DNA of 64,000 bases from Octopus bimaculoides (Eukaryota), in NCBI RefSeq assembly GCF_001194135.2, contig NC_068985.1:122539007-122603006 (forward strand), read 5' to 3'. The notes under the pieces were generated by a model. It searched no databases. It was given only the letters and a program-made list of their open reading frames with translations, and had not been told where the DNA came from. A program made the position numbers and the translations under genes. Below are positions 40,001-51,700 of this stretch, one piece after another (the stretch's first letter is position 1; every line of letters begins with the position of its first letter).

Positions 40001-41047
40001 GAAAGTGTTCAGCAATCGAGGGGGACTATGTTGAAAAATAAATCATCAGAAGTCTTGTACCATGTGTTGTTTTTTTGAGGCTCAAGACTTTTCAGACACC
40101 CCTCGTAAACCTAATGCTGGTATTTGTTAACGTTTATTTTTAATACCTTTCTCGCTGTATTGTGTGTCTGTGATTTTATTTTTGATCTTCTATATAAATG
40201 AAGATATTTCCTCCATTTGGCTGCTTTTCTTTCTACAAAACAAGAAGTTACATTGCAGAACTGTTATTTTAACGAATTGTATCTATTTATCACCTGATGA
40301 GATACATCTCCACCACTGGATATCCTGAACCAGTTGTTGAGTGTCTCACCCATGTGGGATCGATGCTAGATGTGAAACAATTGTTGTTAGAAACAATTGT
40401 TGTGATTAATAATAAATTCTCACATATTCCATCTTATATCTTTCATTTGCCATATATATATATATATATATATATACATTTATTAAAGATAAATAGACAA
40501 GGCAGAATGTACCAAAACCAAAAAATTTATTACCACAACACAATTGTTTCATCTTCAAAGTGCATTACTCCCTTGTGGGTATAGAACAAATGCAATAACA
40601 CCAGATGCAACGCACAGTGTATAGAAGACTCCTCGGATGGGATAATATAGTTTTAGCTGGGAGATTTACATTTCGTTTTCACTGTATTGAGAGATTTTAG
40701 CAGTTAGACAGATGCACAGACAAACAGACGTGCACATCAATAAGTTTATTCTTGGGTACATGCAAGTATACATTACATGTATGCATGCCAGCCAATCACA
40801 TCTGCACACAGTTATACATCATCATCATCATCATCATCGTTTAACGTCTGCTTTCCATGCTAGCATGGGTTGGACGATTTGACTGAGGACTGGTGAAACC
40901 GGATGGCAACACCAGGCTCCAGTCTGATTTGGCAGAGTTTCTACAGCTGGATGCCCTTCCTAACGCCAACCACTCAGAGAGTGTAGTGGGTGCTTTTACG
41001 TGTCACCCGCACGAAAACGGCCACGCTCGAAATGGTGTCTTTTATAC

Positions 41048-41092
<45 letters not shown>

Positions 41093-41995
41093 AACGTAGT
41101 TGCACACATGGATATATCCTTCGGGGCACATGGAGCATATGCATGCATGCATATAGATACACTCATAGACACACACATCTATTTACGTGCTCTACTACAC
41201 CCACATGATAAGACAAATCTAAATGTGTATTCATACCTTCAGTCTCATACGTTTGTAGGCAAATATACACATATACGCATAATTATATACATATACGTTT
41301 ATATATAGATATATGTATATATATACATTAGCACATACTAGAGACTTCCACTCAGTACATGTATGCACACAGAGGTATATAGAAATATGTCAAATCAGCA
41401 TATATATGTACACACATATTGCATACACTTATAAGATTATTTGCATGCATATGTAGGCTTTCATTGGCTCAGGGCTATAATAGAAGATAATTACCTATGA
41501 TGCTATGTAGTGGGACTGAACCCAAGATCACATAGCTGGGAAGCAAGCTTCTTAACCACACAGCCACAAACCTTCCACCCTACATAAAACAGGTTTCTAT
41601 ACAGTTCATATTATCAAAACCCATTCACAAGGCACAGGTCAACTCTAGTCAAAAACAGAAGACACTTGCCTTAGCTACTGTACAATAAGGTCTGTCTTGG
41701 GACCCCATTACTCTCAAACATGACTATACGCAATATACACAACGACTGAACAAGTATCTTATAATTGATCTATAGAGAAACAGCCAAAAACCAAATTAAA
41801 GCAGCGTTAAGACTAGTGTAACAGAGTAGGTGGAAATAATGAGATTAAGAATGCTCAAGTTTAGGAAATAACAAATGGCTTAAATATAAATGCGATTAAA
41901 AACTTAATTATTAATGTAGAGCTCATGTAAATGATAATCAGCAAGTGTTAAGATGATAATTAAAGTCACAATTTGTGTTATTTCANNNNNNNNNN

Positions 41996-42031
<36 letters not shown>

Positions 42032-42131
42032 TTATGTGTTTCAGCCAAGTGGCTGCGGTCATGCTACATATATATGCACACACACATGCACATATATACA
42101 CACACATTATATATGCACACACAACTACATA

Positions 42132-42173
<42 letters not shown>

Positions 42174-42662
42174 NNNNNNNNNNNNNNNNNNNNNNNNNNN
42201 NNNNNNNNNNNNNNNNNNNNNNNNNNNNNNNNNNNNNNNNNNNNNNNNNNNNNNNNNNNNNNNNNNNNNNNNNNNNNNNNNNNNNNNNNNNNNNNNNNNN
42301 NNNNNNNNNNNNNNNNNNNNNNNNNNNNNNNNNNNNNNNNNNNNNNNNNNNNNNNNNNNNNNNNNNNNNNNNNNNNNNNNNNNNNNNNNNNNNNNNNNNN
42401 NNNNNNNNNNNNNNNNNNNNNNNNNNNNNNNNNNNNNNNNNNNNNNNNNNNNNNNNNNNNNNNNNNNNNNNNNNNNNNNNNNNNNNNNNNNNNNNNNNNN
42501 NNNNNNNNNNNNNNNNNNNNNNNNNNNNNNNNNNNNNNATATATATATATATATATATATACAAATATATACATACATATATATACATATACATACACAC
42601 ATACATATACATACACACATACATATACATACACATACATATACATACATACATATACATAC

Positions 42663-42701
<39 letters not shown>

Positions 42702-42731
42702 ATATATATATATACATAAACATATATATAT

Positions 42732-42778
<47 letters not shown>

Positions 42779-45700
42779 CATACATTATATATATACATAC
42801 ATATACACACACACACACATATATATATATATACATACAAATATATATATGCATACATATATATACATATATATAGATATATATTCACATGTGTGTGAGT
42901 GCTAGATTTAATGTGCAACAGTAATTATTTCGGTATGCTGGTAAAAGACAAGACTTTAAAATCTCAATTGAAACTACTATCAAGATTGAATATGGGAAGA
43001 AAATTACATTTTTTTCATCTTTGCTCATTATATGAGATGGTGTAACAGTTCTATGATACATAATCAATGTCATTGGGTGTGGGCAGCATATGTATGTGTG
43101 TGTGTATTTATTAAGGTGTACAGATATTTGCGCAGCTTATGGAAAATAAAATCGTATTAGATATGTTTTGCCTTGATTTAAACATAAATGGGACATAAAA
43201 ATATTTCATGGTTCTCACTAGTTTTGTCTTCTTTTAATCTTGATGTTTATATTTTTATACACTTCTTGTATCACACCCAAGCCTACACTCACCTTAGAAG
43301 TGGCAGTCGTGTATAATGCAATCCAATGAAAACACCAAAGTTCAGCTTCTATGACCAAACAAAATGCAATTTCCCCATAATCTGATTAACTTAAGCATGG
43401 TAACTAACAGTGATTTGTGAAACCTGCTTTTGAAAAGCATATCTGTAGATTGCATGAGGCTGTTTGTGCATGTATGTGTGTAAGACACAAACATGTTTTT
43501 AGTTGTGACCTCCTATGGTATGGGATGCCAATACATTGCTTTATAGCTGTGAACCTTTATTATTCAGTGAGTGTCATATATGTTATAGCTATAAATCCTA
43601 ACAGTTTTGGGAAAATGATATATTTATTTTGGAGCTCTAAATACTTTCTAAAGGTAGAAAAAAGGGCATGTTGTGTGTGTATACATCATCCGTTTAATCA
43701 TCATATATCATCATTTTAATGTCTTTTTTCCGAACTGGCATAGGTTTGATGGTTTGGCAGAAGCTGGTCAGCTGCCTGGGTTCCATGTTTGTTTTGGTAT
43801 GGTCTCTATGGCTGGATGCACTTCCATACACCAAACACTTTACTGAGTGTACTGGGTGGTTTCACGCTGCTCCAGCATAGGTGCTTTCACATGGTACCGG
43901 TACAGGTGCTTTTTTCATGGCACCAGTACCCACAAGCCCACAAGATTAGGAATGCTCAGCTGAAGTATTTATATATATATATTATGATTGTGAATACCTA
44001 CTATATGAGTGAGTTATATAGCTATTTATAGCTACCTAGAATGGTGTATCTGTTTGTAGCTATGAATCCATACTATGTGGAGAGAATGGTAGATATGTTT
44101 TGTAACTATGAACTAGTACTTCAGTACAAATGAGGCAAGCACACTAAGAACAGCTGTTGTGACAGGTGTAGACTATCCCAACAAGGGATATTAAGTAACT
44201 TCTTAAACACATTGTTAGTGAATGTCTTAAAAGTTTTCATATGTTTCCTTTTAGTAGACCAGACCTCATGTTCATGCAAAATTATTAAAAACTCTAGCTA
44301 GCTGGCTTGAGATAGTACAATATTTAGAAGCTAACAAGTGGGTGGGGAGTTGTATGTAGTTTTTCCACCTGCTAGAAACAGCAATCACCTCCCCCTAAAA
44401 ATCACACCCTATTGCAGTAGTTCTCACCCTATTGTAGTAGTTCAGTACACTGAAATGCTGCAAGAACTACTCATCAAATTTGAGCTAAGTAACAACTACT
44501 GATCAAATTTGAGCCAATAGGTGAGTCTCAATATGGTTGCTTGCTTTGTTAGGAAAAGCAATCAGATCTACAAATCAGGCTACCATATTAAAAACACAGA
44601 AGGGCACAATGAATAATATCAGCTTAGATACATTGTCTGAAAGAAAAAAAAAGTGGGATGCCCATGGATGAACTGTATTTGAACAATAGGATACTTAATA
44701 ATGACCAGCCAATGCTACTTTGGCATGTGATCTAAAGGGCGATTACTTTAGGTTAGTTTTTAGCTTCTTTACGTTGCAAAACTCATGACTGCCAGACTTG
44801 TGTGATCTACATGATTATTTTAATTAGCATATTGTTTATTCTTAGTTTCTTATTATTATTTGCTAAGATATAAATGAAACATGGTTCTATTATTATTATT
44901 AGAATAATAAGAATTTTGAAAAAATACATTTACAATGCTAAGTATGTACAAAAGAATTTATTGTAAAAAATGCTATGTATGTACAAAAGAATTAATTGTA
45001 AAAAATCTTAAGGGATTTTAGAAATTGATAAGTAAATAAAAAGTAACCTAAAGTAATCATCCTTTAAGTTGTAGATCACACACCAAAGTAGCACTGACCA
45101 GCCTTGAGATAACCACCAATTTGGACTTCAATAGTTATATACATGAAACATTCTCTGATGATAGAAACTAAAAAAATCCTGCCATTTCAACCAAATAAAT
45201 TTTGAGGACACAGATATATGTGTGGATTCTTTTAGGATATAATCAATGAGGATAAGGAAAAATTATTCCTGTGGAGACTTTTACAATGATTAACATCTTA
45301 ATGGTGTCATCAACTTCTGTAATGATTCAGAGTCTGTATTGAATAGCTGCTGGTATTGTTTAGTCCCAGGTCATTTGCTCAAGCAAAAATATGATCAATG
45401 GTCTTATTTTCAGATAATATATTCAGTACAACCATATTCAGTGAATCTGAAACCATGTGATTGCAAAGCAAATTTCTTAACCATGCAGCTATGCCTACGT
45501 CTATCAAATTTATCTCGTAAATCTTTGGTTGCCCCAAGTCTATGACAGAAAAAACTTACTCAAGGTGCTACTCAGTGGGATTGGTCTTGAAACCTCATAG
45601 TTGGGAAGTGAACTTCTTAATCGCACAACCATGTTTGCATATGCACCTGAGCACACATACACACACATATGCACATGTACCCGTGCACACACACACATCT

Positions 45701-48700
45701 GAAATGTCTACATTTGTGTCTTGTTCCTAACATATAAGAAGATTCTTTTAACGAGAATGTGGACACTGTAAATCATTCAGCAGTTCATTATGATAGAAAG
45801 AGTTAAAAAAAAGAAATAAAATAAAAAAGAGAGAAAAAGGAAGTAAAAATAACAACCAAACAAAGAACATAATTACCTGCCAACTACAAAATTACTGAAT
45901 GTTGAAGAAGAATTTCAGTAATCATTAGCAAGATTTAATATCTTGATTTTAGCTGCAGAGAAATTACAATATCACACACGCACAAAGTAAAACAATTGCT
46001 ATTACAACTGTTGTTGCAAATTATCTAATTCTTAGCTTAAGCCATATTTTAAAAATAAATGAAGGGTAATAAAAAAAATGTTATCTCATTTTTTTTGTGT
46101 GTTTTCTCCATAAATTTGAATCATGGTGGATGGAATGGAATTAGGGAACTTCATTAATATAGTTCTTGTAGGTTTATTAATCCTTCTAAGAGTCCACAAG
46201 GTGGTTGCTTAATTTCGGTTTTATGAGCTATTATCCTCATCAGCTTTCAATGTCTGCTTTTCCATGCTTGCATGGTCAGCTAGGTCATTAAAATGCACAC
46301 GAGAAATCTCATTAATGCCAAATAGAATGAAAGCTTATTAGTGGTAACTTTAATCTAAATCTAGTCCCTATGTATTCTTAAAGTCTCCATTGGTTAGGGT
46401 TGACAATCTATCTGTCCTCATATCATGGTACAGGTCTAGACAAGATGTTTGTTCTTTGAAGACTCTCAATTTCTCATGCATGCAAGTCTTCTCTCTCCAC
46501 CAATGTTTACCAAAGGAAAGTAAAGTTGCTACATCTTGACAACAGTGTTATCACAGGTGTTGCTGTCAGAATGCAGACTACCAGAAAAGGTACCACAAAG
46601 CCACTCATCTTATACTCTATCAAGTTATTGCCCTGGATTGGTACTTTTTTTTCAGTTCCAAAATGATGAAAGGCAAATTTGGCCTCAGTGGAATTGAACT
46701 CAGAGTTACAAAAAATACAACAAAGCATTTTATCCAATGTCTTAATAACTGTGACAATTCCAGATAAACAAATTGAGGAATATAAAAAAAATGTGACCAG
46801 AGAAACAATAAATCACCTCCTTTAGCTAATAACACAAACATGATAGTTAAAGATATTCCCCACTTGGCTATTTTAGCCATTCATCATCATCAAGTATTAT
46901 CTGTTCTCATCTTAAATATCATGTATCATCATCTTGGCCTTTCTTGTTCTGTCTTAACACATTGTATTTTAGTCAGTCTAATTTTTGACATAATCCATCC
47001 ACATACTTCTTGGAATCCCATTCCTCTTTTTCCATTCATTCTGTCTTGCATTAAAAATTCTCAATAAACCATGTTTTCTAATTAAGTGTCCAAAATATTT
47101 TCATTTTCTCTTTTTGATAATATCTAATAAAAAAGTCTTTTTCCTTTTTCCCATTGGTTTTCTGTTCTCTCCACGATATTCTTGAAATGCTCACATCTCA
47201 AACGTTTGTAATCTATTTGATAATATCTTTATTCCTCATATTATAAGTTGTAGTGCACCTGAGCACTGTATACAATAATTTCATTATATATTATATATAA
47301 AGTTAGTGGAAATATATAACATACGAAGGGGAAAAAAAGTTGTGATTAATCTCCAGGTAGGCTCTGACTTATAATTAAAGGCATTCCAACCAATCCTGAC
47401 TATCATCATTTTTGTAATATAGTGTACTTAGAGCTATATTATCCAATGTGTTCATCCATTTTAAAGAGTGATATGAGGGAGATGTGACTTATTTCCAACA
47501 GGTTCAGTGATTGATGCGTTATAGCCAGATGAAGTAATAGGGTGCCAGCATACTGACCTCTTAAAATATTAATTCCATTAGCATGTGTGTCATGTGATGA
47601 GTCCTTTAACACTTTGTGTGATAGGGCACCACTGAAAAGTCTGTCTTCTTGTAGTGTATCTTAAAGAAAATCAACCTATTGAAAACTGTTTCTCCCCAAG
47701 ATTTACCCACAATAGAATTTGAAACTTACCATTGCAAGTCAACAAACCACTTGATATTTTTATAATGCTGTAATCACTTCATGGAGTATTGGGGTATGAG
47801 TTGTTTCTACTGTGCACCACTGGTTTACAGCTGGGTGGACTTAGCCATAACACTTAACTCTGAAATTGCTATGGGCACAACACAATATAAGGTAATAAAC
47901 TACTACTACCACCACTAACAAGTTGTTTGGGATTCAGGCACCGTATAACTGATCTACCAAAATATTCTTCTCACTGACCATTTGAGATCTCACTCTCACA
48001 ACTAATCATTTATTGAAAACTAACAAACATGTACTCAAGAAGACCCAGTCACCCCAGCAGAAGTGTTTAGGCTGCACCCCCTGGTGAAGAGGACTGGCCT
48101 GCTGGTGCCACATAGAAAAGCATTTGTGCTGGCACCGTGTAAATGCACTCATGCCAGTGCCATATTAACAGCACCCAGCACACACTGTAAAGTGGTTGGC
48201 ATTATGAAGGGCATCTAAGCCAAATCAGACTGGAAAGTGGTGCAGCTCACAAGCTTGCCCACTTTGGTCAAACCATCCAACCCATGCCAGCATGGAAAGC
48301 AGACATTAAAGGATAATGATGATAACTCAATTCCTGACCTTCTATGAAGAGCTCACACGCTCATCCCTTTTAGCAGTTTATGGAGAACTTATTCTTACAG
48401 ATGACCATCTATTGAGAGCTTACCCCACCCCACATTGTTTACTGAGAGCTTGCAACCCCACCACATCTGACCATCAACTGAACAGTTTACAAGTAATTAT
48501 TTGGGTGGCAGAGTACCATCAGCTATCTATGCTACATTATTTACTAAGACACATCATCTATGTTGTAATTGTCAAGTCCACCACTAAGTAGTAAATGAAT
48601 AGTTGGCTGAGGCATCTTCATTCATCATCCACAGTAATAGTTGCAATGAGGTTACTGAATAATTGTTTCATTGCTATGTTGTGCTGAATTCTAGTCCTTT

Positions 48701-51700
48701 CACGGACCTGGCGTAGACAATGAAAAACTCCTCCCTCATTACATCACTTACAGATTAAATTTTCAGTGAAATACTGTCAATATAATGAATTATTATGTGC
48801 AACATTTAACCTGTAGTTCCCTACTTATTTATGTTTATCCTGCACTAGTTACTAGTTTGGGAGGCACTGTTCCTCCTGTGTTTAAATTCTTTATTTTATG
48901 TATTAATTCTGCAGCTGGTGATTAATAGTGTTGTTGATTACAGGTTTACAATGGGCCAATTACTGGCTCATTGCATCTCTCATAGTAAGAGCAAACAATG
49001 GAAGGTTTGTAACTTAGTGCAGAACAAATATTGTTTTAAAATTGCAGTTTTATGATCTTCTAAGTGATAAATTATGGTAAAATATATTCACTTACACATG
49101 AAAATGTGAAAATATATACAACAGGAAAGTTTCACACATATGTATGTATGATTTGTGAAGTGACTTAAGGGTCTAACATTTTGTATGAAAACACCTTAAT
49201 TCTTTTACTTGTTTCAATTTTTTGAACTACTGTCATGTTGCAGCACTGCCTTGGTTATGTTTTGGCAAGAATTCACACTTAGAGTAGAGGATGCAGTCAC
49301 AGTCTAACATGTTTAACATTCAAACTGTGAAAACTCTGCCATTATTAAAAGATGCTGTTATTTGTTCAAGCCAACCACACCTGGCCTTTGTGGCAAGCAA
49401 ATTCTTCTCTCTCCATCAAACCACATTTATTTTAATTTCATTATTTTTACATGAATTCATTGATATATGTAATACTAAAAAAACACTAGAAGCAAGACAT
49501 CTTAATAGGAATTCTTAATTATTAATTATCACACATGTAGAAAGAAAGGACAGGATGGTTGTTGTTATAGTTTTTCATTCCCAATTATTGAATTGCTGTT
49601 AATTAAAATATTGTTTAAAAATTTAAAAATCAGTTGCTAACTTATTCATAGAAGTACAAAGAAATATAATAAAATAGCACAGAAAACACAAAATATGTAT
49701 ATTTTTTTCATTCTTTTCATAACTGTGTTAATATTAACAAAAAAAAAATCCTTCCACTATTAATTATGTTCCCAATAGAATATAAACGCATAGTTTATAT
49801 TCCTATAGAGAATTTCCAATTATGTTACTTTTAAGATATCGTCACCCACCACCACCACCACTTATAGTAATTTTATTTAAAAAAACCTCACTATGAATAC
49901 AATAACCAGCAACCAATGATTAGGTCTTTACTAATACCTCCACTACCAGTGCACAGTGACTGTATGTCTACTAAAATTTCATTGCTAGCCACAGTTATTA
50001 ATTCTGTATTTTATAATTCATAATCCACTGGTTATGTTTCAATGATATTACTCCATGACCACTGGTTGTATATTGAGACCACAACCACCACCATCTATCA
50101 AAAGACCACATCCACACCACTGACCATATACAAAGGGCTCATATCTCCGCTGCTACCACCATTCAACATCTACTGAAAGCTCACATCCCCACCATCACCA
50201 CTGTCACTATCATTGACCCTTTACTGAAAGTTAATATCTTCACCATCACTCCCCCAACCATCTGCATCACCCAACACCTCTCAAGAGCTAATATTTTCAC
50301 CATCACCCATCTACTGAGAGTCCTTTCCCACACCAACACCTCTTCCACCACTGACCACCTACCAAGAACTCACATCTGTACCACCACTCTCCATCTATCG
50401 AAGAGTTCATTCTAATTATTTTTGGAGTTTCAAAAGTACCAACATCCAACTACCATCCATATTATATCTCTCAGGTTATATTGCTTCTATAGTTTATAGA
50501 TTATTTCAAAAACTCTGAGTAGAACTCATTAAAATTTCAGTTTTCCTTTGGTGGTGTTTTCTTTAATAGACACTACACTACAAAAACTAATAAACATCAT
50601 TTTTCTAGTAGTAGACTGGAGAATTTAATCTAAGCTCAACATATTATAAACTACTGTTAGACCCAATTTCTCCTTTTCCTGCTGCCTTCAGTGATAACCT
50701 GCTATCTTCAGTTACTCTTCCAGTATTATCTATGTATAGTTGGACTGACCCGGGCCTTTGAAACTTAAGATTTCTCTTGTTTAAGGATACAGTGTAATCT
50801 ACTGATCCTTAACCCTGCAGGTTAACATTCTAAAAAGGTACATGCTGAATCTCTCACATGCACCAATCTCCACATTGGCTATTTCTATGTTTAATTGCAT
50901 GTATTTTATTCCATTAGAATAGGTATCATATCTCTGTGTCATAAGAGATAATTAAAAGTATTGGTGATGGGATGAGCATCTAGACATAAAACAATACTTC
51001 AAAAAAGTCCTAACTCATATCAGTATGGAAAAGTGGAAGTAGTGATGATGATGATGATAGGGTGCATCAACTGATTTTGAGGTGTATCCCTTGTACTTGT
51101 TTGCTTCATTTAACTGTTTCAACCCACACAAAATTGCCCCTGGTTTCATGATAGGTTCCATGATACAAACTTCCTGTTTTAAATTATCTAAATTAAAAAC
51201 TTCCATCAAAATTTCATGTTAAATTAAATTTTAAACCAGCTTAATGACAGATATTTTACTAAATACTTCATTATTTTAAAAATTAATTGAAAAAAAAAAT
51301 ATAGTAACAAAAGGATTAAACATTATTCAACAAACTTTACTTTTCCTTGATAGAAGTTTAGCCATACTTTATGTGCTGCCAACATTAAGTATGATAGCAT
51401 GAAATGAATCTGTACCATTTTCAATCTATCCAAACTGTTTCTAGTTCCACAAGATTCCCCAACTTCTGATAGTTTGTATAATTTTAGAAGTAATGGAAAT
51501 ATTTGATACAGACACAAAATAATAAAATTAATATTGTAGGCTCAGTGTTAATCTTTCAGTACTTGTTCTGGCTTTATAATCTCCAAGTTCAAATCCCACT
51601 AAAGCCAGCTTTGCTCTTCATCCATTTGTGATCGATAAAATAAAGTTCTAGTCCTAGCAGAAATGTTAGAGCAACAGACAAGATGTCTTGCACTGTTAGT

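Noticed and set aside
41904-42918. Long ORFs of 200-316 aa ([12 protein letters not shown]-rich), and similar ones at 9958-10309, 14412-14762, 23533-23981 and 61000-62773
   Set aside because: They are translations of microsatellites and N gaps.
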